Of a DNA stretch of 64,000 nt, positions 28,131 to 43,184 are shown one piece after another. How positions within the stretch are numbered: position 1 is the first letter of the stretch; the number at the start of each line of letters is the position of its first letter. Source of the stretch: the human T2T-CHM13v2.0 reference genome, Homo sapiens; NCBI RefSeq assembly GCF_009914755.1, contig NC_060926.1; one strand, written 5' to 3'. The translations under genes were made by a program, and so were the position numbers. The notes under the pieces are model-generated. The model worked only from the letters and a program-made list of their open reading frames with translations, was not told the DNA's origin and ran no database searches.

Positions 28131-30013
28131 CTGTCAAAGCAAAAATATAAATGAGTTCTCTTATAAAACAAAGTCATTATGACAATAATTGCATGCTCAA
28201 AAAAACAAACAAAACTAAACAAACTAAACATAAAACAAAATCAAAAGCTGGTTGCCAGTTCAGTTTCTTAATTAGAGGGCTGGGTGAAAAAAATACTGTT
28301 TCAGGTAATAGCAGGAAATGCCCTCTTAACTTGCAGGATTTTTATTTGTATGCACAAATGAAACTGCTGGTTATAATGAGGCTGTGGGGTAAGAGGAAGG
28401 ACTTTTCGTCTTATGATGGTAGGAAAATTACCTGAGGTGGCAACATTCTGATAAAAGGGTCAAAGTAAATTTGGGAAGAAGTTGTCAGACTCCTAAGATA
28501 CAACACATTCGGGTGGTTCACAAGGTGCTTTTGGTGGTAATGTTCAGAGGCAATAATGTTTTGTTTCTGAAAATAAAACACTTGTCTATCTTCCCCCTTT
28601 TGATTCAATTCTTATGGTCACTAGAAAACATCACAGATATTAATCGAACCTTAAAATACTGGTTTACAAATAATAAAATTGAATTACCTCAGATTTTGAA
28701 ATTTTCTTCTGGTTATAAACCAGAAGAAGTAAAGTAAATATATGTGAAGTAAATATATTTGGAATAAAGATAAAAAAACTGAACTGTGAAAAGGGGAACA
28801 GCAGTAAAGTTCACACACTTCAAATAGATTTGAAATATTTAAATGGCAGAGGAGGAGAACAGCAAAACTGTCCCGCCAAAGAAAACAGAGAAGTCTATAT
28901 AGGAAATTCTTTCCTATAATTAACTTTTCCTAAAAACCTGCCCCTTTGTCCTCAGGTAGAGTCAAGTCAATTTGCTGCAGTTCTAACAGAGACTCAACCA
29001 CCACGTCTAAACCCAACCTTGTCATCCTCTTTTGCTCTAAACCAGCTGTTCTCGCTTCCTGTTAACACTTGCCCTTCTGCCAGTCTTTTGGGTTTGAGGC
29101 CTCAGTCATCTCTGACATCTTTTCCCTTCACACCCAGACACTCCTTCCCTGCTATTTGCACTGCTACTGCTCTAGCACAAGACTTCCTTCCTTACTTGTT
29201 GCACAGTAATAAGTACATGCTCACACAAGGCCAATGGCTCACACTCATCTGCCACTCTCCTTTCTATCATCTGTATCCAGCTAAGCGAATAGTCAGCATT
29301 TATTATGTAACCTTTATGATTTTTTTTTTGCCTCCACATGTTATGTCATTTCTTCTGTTTGAAATGACTCTCCATCTATTCAGTTCAAATCTGAATCTGC
29401 CTTATTTTGAGGCCTGGCCCAAATGCCACCTTCTTCAGTGAGCCTATGTTTAGAGTCCTTTCCACACTATACTTGTGGTATAATGACTCATGTGTTTATC
29501 GTCCCTTTTATAATAATAGTAACTTAAGGGAAAGAAATCATTTTTTGCTCTGGCTACATGCAAATAGAACAACTAATTGTTATTGGGGTGGGGGAGGAAT
29601 TTAGGTGAGAGGAAGGTGAACATAAAAATACATGCTGAAGGAATAAATGCCATCTCACAAGCCATTGCTAAGCAGAATGGTGAATGGTACGTAACAGGAC
29701 CCTTGGAAAACAGGGTGTGATAAAATGTGGTAAAAAAAAAAAAAGTCATACAACTTTCTCCATTTACCTAGGCAATAAATTATTTGTTTAGCAAATAATT
29801 TATTTGCTAATAAACATTTATTTGCAAATAAATTATTTGCAAGGTACTATGTATTAGGCTTAGTCTACACAGAGATGAAATAGCCAAGAAATTTGTTCTA
29901 CTTAAGCAGGAAAAATAAAGTATTGCTGGCAGAATGCCCTGGGGTAGTACTGTTTTATGCCAGATTTTAGGAGGAGTCTCAGAGAGCTATATGCTATTGG
30001 ACAGTTTACTTAC

Positions 30014-30072
30014 CAACACAACACTTCTGGCACCATTTGGTTTCAGGGATTTTTGCTGATACAGAAAATTTC
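30014..30072 (-). CDS. MAP4K3: MAP4K3 coding exon (59 nt): (R)KFSVSAKIPETKWCQKCCV(V)
   Basis: atttag|GAAATT...GTTG|gtaagt. Confidence 0.97.
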
Positions 30073-30214
30073 CTAAATGTAAATAAAAGTGAGTACGTAA
30101 TATATGTAGGCAAACTTAGTATATGAAAAAGCTACTGTTATAGATCAGTGCAGAAAGGATGAGTTCAAAACTGGTGCTGACATACTAGCTCATCTATTAA
30201 AATTAGAATAAAAA

Positions 30215-30521
30215 GGCCGGGTGCCATGGCACGTTGCCTGTAATCCCAGAACTTTGGGAGGCCGAGGTGGGCGGATCACGAGGTCAAGACCTCGAGACCA
30301 GCCTGGCCCACATAATAAAACCCCGTCTCTACTAAAAATACAAAAAAATTAGCCAGGCATGGTGGTGCATGCCTGTAATCCCAGCTACTCAGGAGGCTGA
30401 GGCAGGAGAATCGCTTGAACCCAGGAGGTGGAGGATGTGGTGAGCCGAGAGCACACCATTGCACTCCAGCCTGGGCAACAACAGAAGAGCAAAACTCGGT
30501 CTCCAAAAAAAAAAAAAAAAA
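30215..30521 (+). mobile_element. AluS
   Basis: Full Alu with A tail. Confidence 0.9.
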
Positions 30522-31114
30522 TTAAATAAATTGGATCCCCTTCTCATGGCCCCCAATCAGTTCCAAATGGGTTAAGGGTTTAAATATGAAAACAAACTAT
30601 AGAAGTCTATAGAAATATATGACCTTGGGATTTAAGAAATACAAAAACAACAAATCATACAGGAAAATGCTGTTACATTTTAATTGGCTTTTTTGCCCCC
30701 ACTGATTCAACCCTAGCACCTCAAACTACAGGTGGCAGTCAATTACTGAATTAGTAACTTTGGTTTACCAAAAGATATCATTGAGAAAATGAAAAGCCAA
30801 AAACTGGAGAGAGCTATTTTTAGTACATGTAATACATTTACATGTACTGTAAAAAGCTGTCTTATTATAAAAATTTGTGAAGAATTTCTTTTTTAGAAAT
30901 CTTTGTTTCTCTACTCAGGAAAAGTGGGATACAGATGTTCTGCAAAGGTGCTATAGGTGTTTTGCAAACATCTGACTCGAATTTAATAGATAAAAATCAA
31001 TTCTGAATTTTTTTTAAAACTACAATTTAAAAACTACACATACACTCAAATGTCTTTTAAAATGTAATATAATAAAGGCTGTTGGTGCATCAAATTGTAA
31101 AAACCTCAAATTAA

Positions 31115-31882
<768 letters not shown>

Positions 31883-32247
31883 TAAACTTAAATGTGTAAA
31901 TTTGCCAAAGATTAGATAGATGCCAGTGCTCTGTACAAGTCTTTTTTTTTTTAGAGTTGTACAATTTTATATAAAATTGTACAGCACATGTGTGATGTTC
32001 AGTGCAATTCCAAACAAGCTCAGAACAATTTTCCTGATGGATGTTCTTGTAACCACACAATTGGCAACTGAATGATAAGCATAAATATAATATTAAAAAA
32101 TATAATATTGTAGTACTGTAATTTTAACCCTTAATACATTTTATATATTGACCTATTTATGAAAAGCTATAATTTTAGCTTCATTTACTGAGTCCTTACT
32201 ATGTGCCATGCATTTTAGACATCTGTGTCATTCAGTCCCTCCAATAA

Positions 32248-32487
<240 letters not shown>

Positions 32488-33408
32488 TAAGCTGTCAAAA
32501 ACTGTTACCTCTTTTTAGGTACTTGTCTTTGTGAATCAAAACGTTTTTCACACTGTGACAGCTAAACAATGACACAGAATTTATTCAGATGTTGAAACAC
32601 TGAACGACTACAATGGCAATCTAGAATATTCTGATTACGATTTTCTGGTTAAAACACCTCATTGTACCCTTGACTAACTTTACATTAGGAAAAGTTTTAC
32701 ATTATAACTTACAATTATAAAAATGCCCCTTTCATATACATTGGAGTTTAATGCAGCTTAAAATAAAACAAAACAAAAACTCCCCACACTCTTAACGAAT
32801 CTGCTTTGAACCAAAGCGCTTTTTAGAGTTAAAAAAAATCTGAACCAAGCTCCTGACAGATTTCGGCTGGCAGAAAGTTTAATGTTCCTGTCCACACTTG
32901 TGAACTTGTGTCCTAGCTCCCAAAGCTAACTTAGGGGTTAAAACACTGAACTAGTCAAAACCCAGGAGGATTAACTGCCAAGTTCTGAAAGACCATAGGG
33001 ATGACGACTACACAAACAGAAATCAACTATTAAGTATGGCTGTGAATTAAGGATTTCAAAAACTTTTCAAAATAAGAGTTGTGGGCAGTACACTGAAATG
33101 TTTCAAAAATTTAGTTAATGTTCTATAGTGATCTATAGACTTGCCTTAATTTTAGTCATGATTTTATGAAACACAATACAACTTATTTTACCAGCACCCA
33201 ATTAACTGGAATTCTAAATTAACTGTCTGAATGTATTTAACGTAGGATATTTTAGAGTACACTACAAGGCAGAGTTCAATTTATCATGCCCAATAATGAT
33301 GACAAAAGGTCTATTTCTTGAGAGCTTACTAGGTGCTGTGGTAGGTACTTTACATACACGATTTATCATTTTCAAAACAACTCTGCCAGATGAGTATATA
33401 GGTTCCAG

Positions 33409-34013
33409 TTACAGCTGAATATACGTGGAGAGGCTGTATAATTTATCCAAGGTCCCATACCTAGTAAGTAAATGATACAACTGTACTTGAATTCCAAAGC
33501 TTATGCTTTACTAAAAATGGATTACAATATGGTACAATGAGTACCTATCTTCAGAATGAGAACCATGAGGCTCTTTATCATCAGATTAAGAATAAGACAC
33601 TCAGTAGAGGTTTAAGTTGTGCTCACTGTATGGCAGAAGAAATGGTATGAATGCACATATATAAAATATTATGATGCTAAAAGGGTTTTTAGGTTTCCTG
33701 CCAATAAGTGAGAGAATTAAAAGATTTTACAGTAATTACTAGATAATGAAACTGAAGAAAGTGGGAAGGACATATTTGTGGCTGTTACTATTAAAAAAAC
33801 TAAAGATTGACTATAATAAAATTCCTGAAATAATAACCTGGAGGTGAAATACCCTTAGAGCTGAACACATGGGGAAAGGTTGTATAATTTATCCAAGGTC
33901 CCATATCTAGTAAGTCAATGATCCAGGATTTAAATTCAACTTTACTTGAATTCCAAAGCTTATGCTTTATTAAAAATGAATTATAATATGGTACAATAAG
34001 TACCTATATTCAG
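33409..34013 (+). repeat. Local direct duplication: 33409-33554 and 33855-34013
   Basis: Both copies read agctgaa...tgtataatttatccaaggtcccata...gaattccaaagcttatgcttta...gtacctat..tcag. Confidence 0.9.
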
Positions 34014-34436
34014 CGTAGGTAAAATCATACCATATGGAAACTCCTTAAAGGAAGAGACTATATCTTATTCAATTTTGTCTCATTTATACATGGGACATTT
34101 CATACACATTTGGTGTATTCAGTAAAATCTGGAAGAAACGAACACAGCTAAAAGCAAATAAGCTAAAAAGGTCTCTATTGAGAACAGCAGATTCTCAAGG
34201 TACTCGAAAATTAAGGTTTTATGTTAGTTGCTTTACAACAAATATTATAAAAAAGAATAGGCATATTATAAAGTTTTTGTAAAATACAATTTATACCAGA
34301 GCTAGAAAATCTTTCAGTCAATAAAGAGGTCCAATATTATATTAAATAACGAAAGAACAGAGCATAATAACAAATTACTGAAACTAGAAAGGCAAAACCA
34401 CTCAACTTCAAACTAATTATCTTCTAATGCAAAACA

Positions 34437-34725
34437 CTGAGACACGGTCTTGCCTTGTTAGCCAGGCTGGAGTGTAGTGGCACGATCATAGCTCACTGCA
34501 GTCTCAACCTCCAGGGCTCCACTGATCCTCCCACTTCAGCCTCCTGAGTAGCTGGAACCACAGGCTCGAGCCACCATGCCTGGCTACTTTTTAAAAAATA
34601 TTTTTTGTAGAGATGAGGTCTTGCTATGTTGCTCAGGCTGGTCTTGAACTCCTAGCCTCAAGCCATTTTCCTGCCTCAGCCTCTCAAAGTATTGGGATTA
34701 CAGGCGTGAGCCACCATGCCAGGTT
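34437..34725 (-). mobile_element. AluJ
   Basis: TSD-like tgcaaaa(a)cact. Confidence 0.87.
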
Positions 34726-35111
34726 GCAAAAACACTTTTCAATAAATCATTTTGATTTTCTAGGTATAGAAACTTTGAGAAAAATTTTATAAAGTTAACA
34801 CATATGTCAAAAGCAAAGGCACTAAATGCAATGTAAAATTATGGCAAAGTACAAGAAAAAAACTAGTTTTAAACTTGCAGAAAAAGAATAAAAAATTCAG
34901 AGAGAAAATGTCTGATATAATTTGAAAGTACAAAGTAGAAAAATTTTAGAACAAGAGTGTGATCACTAAGCACTTGTTAATGTATATTACTTATTATTTT
35001 TTCATCATGATTTTTATTAACCCAAACTGAGTGCTCTTTCACTTTCTGTAACATAAATATTTATGAGAATGAACTGTTAATATCATATTGCCTCTAAGGA
35101 TGTACCCTTAC

Positions 35112-35229
35112 CTTGGCAGTATTCTGTCAGGGAGTTTGTGTGCTGGAATAGCAACAGGTAACTTTTGCATTTGTCTTGCATAATCAAAAAGCCCTGGTAA
35201 ATTATGGGAATAAAGCTGAGAAGCTTTAC
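35112..35229 (-). CDS. MAP4K3: MAP4K3 coding exon (118 nt): (G)KASQLYSHNLPGLFDYARQMQKLPVAIPAHKLPDRILP(R)
   Basis: ttatag|GTAAAG...CCAAG|gtaagg; 81-nt intron upstream. Confidence 0.97.
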
Positions 35230-35310
35230 CTATAAAGAAAAACAGATATGACATAAAAGCTAATAATAAATAGTAACAATTGTAAGGTATTTAAAAACTA
35301 ATATACTTAC

Positions 35311-35371
35311 CAGATATTGATAGCAAGCAATTGTTCATTACATACAACCATGTACACCTTCGAGGGAATAG
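35311..35371 (-). CDS. MAP4K3: MAP4K3 coding exon (61 nt): LFPRRCTWLYVMNNCLLSIS(G)
   Basis: aatcag|CTATTC...TCTG|gtaagt. Confidence 0.97.
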
Positions 35372-36061
35372 CTGATTAAAAAAAGGCACAAAGTTTACAA
35401 AGAATAATACATAATGGCAATGTAAATCTGTACACAGTAATCACGTAAGCTGTCTTATCTACAGGTCAGTTCTTTAAAAGTAAATTATTTTTAACATAAA
35501 TTAACTTTATCAAGGATTCAAACCAAGATGATATATATACATACATATTTATGTGAGAGAAAAAATAAATTAGGCTAAATTTTAGCCTAAACACGATATG
35601 ATCAGCTCAAGTCTCCCTTATGATTAAGGGCTATGTAACCCCAAACTATGCAGGGAATAACAACATTTTCAAACAACATCTATTCCTTTATTTTGGTTCT
35701 GGGGTTGAATAAGATTCTCCTCTCTACTCCTCCCAAAATAGACGTATCTAGGCATAATATGCATTCTAGGGTGTATGATACAGGAAAAAGCATCATGGTG
35801 TAGTGGAACACAGGATACAGAAACACTAGGTATGGAGGGAAAAAAAAGGCTGAGATAGAAGATGATGAAAACTCATAAATCACAAAGCAGATATATATAT
35901 ATATGAAATTTATTACTAAAATTTAGTACCATAAGAACTGAGAGGCATCTCTGGAAGCCTGAAAGTGGTCACAACTTAGAGCAAAGAAAAAGGAATTTCA
36001 TGGAACACAATCTATATATTTAAAAAAAAATACTCTCATTAAGACATTTCGTTATGCGTAT

Positions 36062-36249
36062 CAGTGGTTTTTAAATGGTCCTTGGACCAGCAGCTTCAAC
36101 AACACCTGGGCACATGGTAGAAATGTAAATTCTTGGACCTCACCCCAGATCTACTGAAGCAAGAAGTTCTGAAGGAGGACCCAGGAATCTATGGTTTAAC
36201 TAGGCCTCCAAGTAATTCTGAGGCAGACTGAAGTTTGAGAGCCACTGAT
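36062..36249. mobile_element. MER5A hAT-Charlie MITE
   Basis: cagtggttttt...gagagccactg terminal inverted repeats. Confidence 0.8.
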
Positions 36250-37011
36250 GTACATAATTAGACATCCTGATTTAACAACCTTTGTTGCTGGGTTTGCTCT
36301 GGCAATTCCTACAACTAAGTTACTCCAAAACTAATTGAGATGAGAGAATGGAATAGAGAGGACCCGGGGTGAATGATGAAACACATCAAGGCCTCTAAGG
36401 ACATTACTTTATGGAAACACAGCCATAATAATGGGACTGAATAACTAAAAGAGAAAAGGTAATAATAAAAGGGAGGAGAAACAAAGTAACATTTTAATAA
36501 AAATTTTATTTCATTTACTGGGAAAATGTACTTACATAAAATAACCAATTTCTCCAAACAACTAAAATGTGGCATTGCCAATACAGTTTTTTAATTTGTA
36601 AAATGTGCCTATACCTGTGCCTCAAATAGAGAAGTTATCAACATCCATTTCCTACTTTCTGCTTTTCACAAAAAATTCACAACAAAATTGGGACTTCATT
36701 GGCTATACTGAAAAAATCAGGTAGAGAAGGGGCAATGACTTATTCCAGACCACATATCAGTACGTGTTATCAAAGTAGCAAGATACAGATTTTTATTTAA
36801 TTCAGTGTTGAACTGGGTTTTCATACACATATCCACTAAAAAAGTATCTGATACTACATCGATGGTTTACTATAAAATTATATACTTCCAAATGTAAGTA
36901 GGTTTGCTTATTTAATATAAACATATATAAAGTAGCAAGACAAGACACAAATTCCTTTCATATTTTCAACATAGGGACAATGAAAAGGTATTTATGTATA
37001 GTTTTATTTAA

Positions 37012-37348
<337 letters not shown>

Positions 37349-38032
37349 TGAATTTTCATTTTTAACAACTTTTACAAATCTAAAGCTTTACTAGATTTTC
37401 AATGCTTTCTTCCTTTAGTGAGTTAGGTTCTAGGTGAAATGATCAGTTTAATAAATAAGAATATAACAGTTAAGAAGGGTAGCTTCTATATTCTGCCTAG
37501 ACTCATATATCTGTTTTATCAATGATTGTGTGATCTTGGGTAATTTACTGAATCTCTGTCTCAGTGTTCTTATCTGTAAAACAGAATACCTGTATCTCAT
37601 AGAGCTGAATAGTAATTAAACAAGATACTCCTTGTAAAGCACTTAGAAGAGTGCTGAGTACTGAATAAATGTTAGCTATAAATAATAAAAGCAGATAAAA
37701 AACTTTAAATCAGGACCCTGATTAGTGTCATCTTCTCACTTTTCAGAATCTTCCCCTATTTAGTAGGCTCACGCCACCCTGTTTCCTATAAAGTCTAGAG
37801 AAAATCAACCTAATCATCAATTTCACAGTAAGATGAAAAATTCAGGCTCCACATATACTAATTCTTTACTCTTATAGGCTCCCTCTAGGAGGGAAAAATG
37901 TTTCCTTTGAAGGGCAATGTTTCAAAAAAAATTACTCTAGTAATGTAATTCAAATGCTAAAGCAACTAAGAAGGGAAGTTATTGCAGACTGGGGCTAGGT
38001 GTGGTTGATGGGTGCCTTCTCTCAAGAGTCCT

Positions 38033-38331
38033 GGCCAGGCCTGGTGACTCACACCTGTAATCCCAGCACTGGGTGGGTAAGGCAGAAGGACTGCTGGAGC
38101 CCAGAAGTTTGAGACCAGCCTGGGCAACAAAGTGAAATCCCAGTCTCTACAAAATATCAAAAAATTAGCTGGGCATTGTGGCATGTGGCTGTAGTCCCAG
38201 CTACTGAGAACGCTGAGGTGGGTCACTTGAGCCCAGGAGGTCAAGGCTGCAGTGAGCTGTGTTCACGCCACTGCCCTCCAGCCTGGGTGACAGAATGAAA
38301 CCCTGTCTCAAAAATAACAACAACAACAAAA
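38033..38331 (+). mobile_element. AluJ
   Basis: (AAC)n tail; TSD-like aagagt. Confidence 0.87.
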
Positions 38332-38689
38332 GAGTTCTTCAAATTAGGTTGATAAATGCTTACTCCACCTATGCATAAAGCTGGCCTTATTCCTTACAAT
38401 TAATATTGTTACCAATATTATTTTTGGATATCTCATTATACCCAATAAAAATATGACCACCTTTGAATTATTTACTAATTATTATAATTACAAGATCCTT
38501 TTCCTCCCTTTCCCTGTTCTTAGGCACTTTTCAGCCATTTCACTGTACACCATTTCCAGATTAAAAGATTTACAGTATATCATACAGTTTAGGATCTTGC
38601 TAGAAAATTTGATTTAAAAAATGAAGATGAAACTGTTTAGTCATGAATAAATCATTACTTATATATTTTTCTTTCCATTTTATTTGTAA

Positions 38690-38998
<309 letters not shown>

Positions 38999-39299
38999 CT
39001 TGTAATCGATTTATATTGATAAAAGAATTAGTCACACATCCCGAAGGCACCCCAAACTCAGTATGACCAAATTGAAAGCATTACCATTCTCTTCAAATCA
39101 ACACATCCTTCAGTATACTATACTCCATCTTTCTGTTACTGTCAGGCACCCAGTCACTCAAGTGGAAAACCTAAAGTTAACCTAGACCTCTCTTCAACCT
39201 CCATGTTGAAACGGTCATTCAATTCGGTCAATTCTAGATCTCTGATCTTTCTCTAGGTCCAGCATTTCTCTACAGGAACTATACAATCGGTAGAGAGAA

Positions 39300-39570
39300 T
39301 ATGGTGAAGTAGTTAAGCACATGGAATCTGGAGCTAGCTTGCCTAGGTTCATATCGCAGTCCAGCCACTGAATAGCTGTGGAGTCTTTGGCAAGTTACTA
39401 ATCCTTTCGGTGCTTTAGTTTTCTCATCCGTGAAGTGAGATTATCAATGGTGTCTACCTGTGAGAGATTTCATGAAGACTAAATAATATATGTCAAGCAT
39501 TTAAAAACACTGCGTGGACACATAGTAAGCTTTATGTAAGTATTAGCTATTAATAGCATCACCATTATTA
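39300..39570 (+). mobile_element. MIR
   Basis: gtagttaagcacatggaatctggagc...ggcaagttacta...tgttagctatt-like tail. Confidence 0.75.
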
Positions 39571-40399
39571 TCAGTTTGTAGGTTGTTTTATGTTCCTGAC
39601 TCGTGGGTACTAAATGATAAAAGCTCCCCCCACTCATTGTGACACTCAAAAACATCCCCATACTGGGGGAGAGGAGGAGAGAAATGGGGAATGACCACTA
39701 ATGATTACGGAGGTTCTTTTGGAGATGATAAAAATGTCCTAAAACTGATGGTGTAATGGCTGCACAACGCTGTGAACGTACTAAAAGCCACTGAATTGTA
39801 CCCTTTAAGTGGGTGAACTGTATGATATGTGAATTATATCTCGATAAAACTGTTTTTGAAAAATATCTTTTCCCCTCTGTTCTCTACCTTTGCCCTGAAT
39901 TAACACTCTTTTACCATTTGACCATGGTTTCTAGTCTCATCTCTCACCGTACTGCAAACAGATATTTCTAAAACACAGGTCTGTTCCATCAGCATAGTAC
40001 ACCAAGCTCTGGTGTTTGGCTTCCGCCTGCCTACCCAGCTCCATCTATTGTTACCATTCTGTACTCCAGTCAAATGCCCAGTCATTGTTCCCAAACTTGC
40101 CATGCTATTTCACATCTCTATGCCATCATGCTTATCCTGTCTGTGTGACAAACTTCTATTCATCATAATTTAAGGTCCATCTCAAATGCCTCTACTCATC
40201 TCCCCACAGGAGGTGCTGGTGACATCCACCTCTGTGGCCAATATCTTATACTCATTCCTAATATGACATCTAATCCTGAGTGCTGTAGTTACTGGTTTAT
40301 ACACCTGTTTTCCCTATTAGATCATGAGCTTCTCAAGGGTGTGGACTAGTCCTGTTAACCTGTCTTCAGTATCTGGTAATTAGAACATGCTCCAGAAGG

Positions 40400-41147
<748 letters not shown>

Positions 41148-41234
41148 TCATGAAACTGAACCTTATTTCTGGTCTAATGTGTACTTATGGTAACTTAAAA
41201 ATTAAAAAAAAAAAGAATATACAAAATAACATAC

Positions 41235-41314
41235 CTGTTCCATTGATGTTTCATGAAGTTCATTAAGATTGAGGGTATAAATCCCTTCTTCGGCACCAAA
41301 TATCAAGTACTGAT
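41235..41314 (-). CDS. MAP4K3: MAP4K3 coding exon (80 nt): (D)[26 protein letters not shown]
   Basis: tttcag|ATCAGT...GAACAG|gtatgt. Confidence 0.97.
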
Positions 41315-41856
41315 CTGAAATAAAAGTAATTCACTGACTGATTTTGGTAAATAAAATATTTTTAAATAGGATTTCTATAATCTAAACTTCCGTAAATAAG
41401 TATTAACATATAAAACAAGAATTACTATGATTTATAAGCAGTGAATACAAAGAGGTTAGACACTTTAGACCCATAAACTGAATTATATGTAAACATTAGC
41501 CTCAAAGCAGTGAAGAGAATTTTTATGTAAGGGAGGTTCTGAAGAGTGGCATAGTAGATTCTTCACTCATCAGAGAGTGCTAAGAACTGGCAAAGGATCT
41601 GCAGCTCCTTTTTCTAAAACCCCCTAAAGACAGGATCATGTGCAACTGACATACAGAATATAAAATCGAGAGTGGCTGATACAGATTCTAATTATTTCTA
41701 CAGAATTTTTTTTCAGAGCTATACTATAAGTACTCTAATTTAAAAAACCCCAGAATCTGACCACAGTCTATTAAAAAGTTAACTAAAACTTGGATACCTG
41801 CTAGGGTACTCAGTATCTTCTAAAAGATATGAGAAGCATGGCCATCGTCCTTTCCA

Positions 41857-41989
41857 TTTTTTTGTTTGTTTGTTTGTTTCCCAGAGCAGGAGCAGGAGTG
41901 GAAATTTATTAAAAAGACTTTAGAACAGGAAAGAAAGGAAAGAACACTTCCAAGAGATCCAAGCAGGCAACTTGAAGAAAAGTGCCCGA
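41857..41989 (-). mobile_element. Retroposed 3' fragment of an ERV1-class LTR (LTR9/MER61-like) with A-rich tail
   Basis: LTR-like sequence with AATAAA (41910-41905), ~25 nt, then (AAAC)n/A tail; flanks tccattttt / tctgttttt+aa. Confidence 0.6.
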
Positions 41990-42501
41990 TCTGTTTTTAA
42001 GATAATACAGGTCAAGAACTTTTCTAGACTAACTAGGCTAAACTGAAGTACGCTGAGAACAGTATAGAATGCTAAGAGCATTCCTAAAGTGCCCAGAATT
42101 TAAGATTAGTACTGGGAGATTAATGGCATAAGATTTGTGGTCAGACAGTATTGGATTTAAACTGACCCTTTCTAGCACCAATTGGCTATAAACAATGAAC
42201 CTCTCTGAGTGCCAATTTCCTTGCCTATGACATAAAAGTACTCAGCATATTTAATGAGTGTATGTGTATGTATATAAAAATGTTCACGTATAAATGTTCT
42301 ATGTGTATCTTACATAGACAGCTATTAAGAATCAGATATACAGTGAGAGGACACAGACAGTTCTTAGTGGTTGCCTAAGGACAACTGTTGTGATTATGGC
42401 CCCTTTTAAGGTCAGAGATCCTCTAAAGTGGTCACTAAACCCCGGATCCTTGGTAGCTAAATTCCTTCCATAATGGCTGTTTTGAAAAAAATGAAGCTAC
42501 T

Positions 42502-42800
42502 GGCCAGTGGCTCCTGTCTGTAATCTCAGCACTTTGGGAGGCTGAGGCGACAACTGCTTGAGCCCAGGACTTCGAGACCAGCCTGGGGAACACAGACAGC
42601 TCCCATCTCTACAAAAAATTAAAAAACAAAAACAGCTAGGAATGGTGGCATGTGCCTCCAGTCCTAGCTACTCGGGTGGCTGAGGCAGGGGGATTGCATA
42701 AGGCCAGAAGTTTGAGGTTATAGTGAGCCATGATCATGCCACTGTACTCTAGCCTGGGTGGCAGAGCAAAACATTTTCCCTATAAATAAAAAATAAAAAA
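42502..42800 (+). mobile_element. AluJ
   Basis: Diverged dimeric Alu. Confidence 0.85.
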
Positions 42801-43099
42801 AGATACCAGACTACTGTGCAGCAGCAGCAGAAACATTTCTGGAGGAAACTAGGGTGGCTCAGAATACATGGCTTCACTATACTGATATGGTAACTATACA
42901 GTGAAATTTTAATGTTATGTGTCACCTCAAACACTGATAACAGCACAAAGAAACATATTTACCTTAAAATAAAAAAAAAATTATAACAAAACTTTTTTTC
43001 CCCAGAAAGATACTCAGAAAATAAACAAAATCACAAATGCTTTCATGGCCCCAGTTTTAAAAAATTAGGAAGATAACAGATAAAAACACACAATACTAC

Positions 43100-43184
43100 C
43101 TCTAGTATCTGGGTTTATCCATGATGATGCACAGTGAATTTTCAAGGGACACCCATTAAAAACTTTTGAAAAACATGCACCCAT
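43100..43184 (-). CDS. MAP4K3: MAP4K3 coding exon (85 nt): [28 protein letters not shown](D), start of CNH region
   Basis: ccctag|ATGGGT...AGAG|gtagta. Confidence 0.97.

Noticed and set aside
29019-29441. 140-aa plus-strand ORF
   Set aside because: Pyrimidine-rich decayed L2-like sequence, non-ATG start, no homology recognised
32509-32561. 53-nt candidate exon in a non-repeat intronic stretch
   Set aside because: Mediocre donor and frameshifting; indistinguishable from chance
35230-35310. 81-nt (3n) short intron as coding retained intron
   Set aside because: In-frame TAA (GGT AAG TAT ATT AGT TTT TAA)
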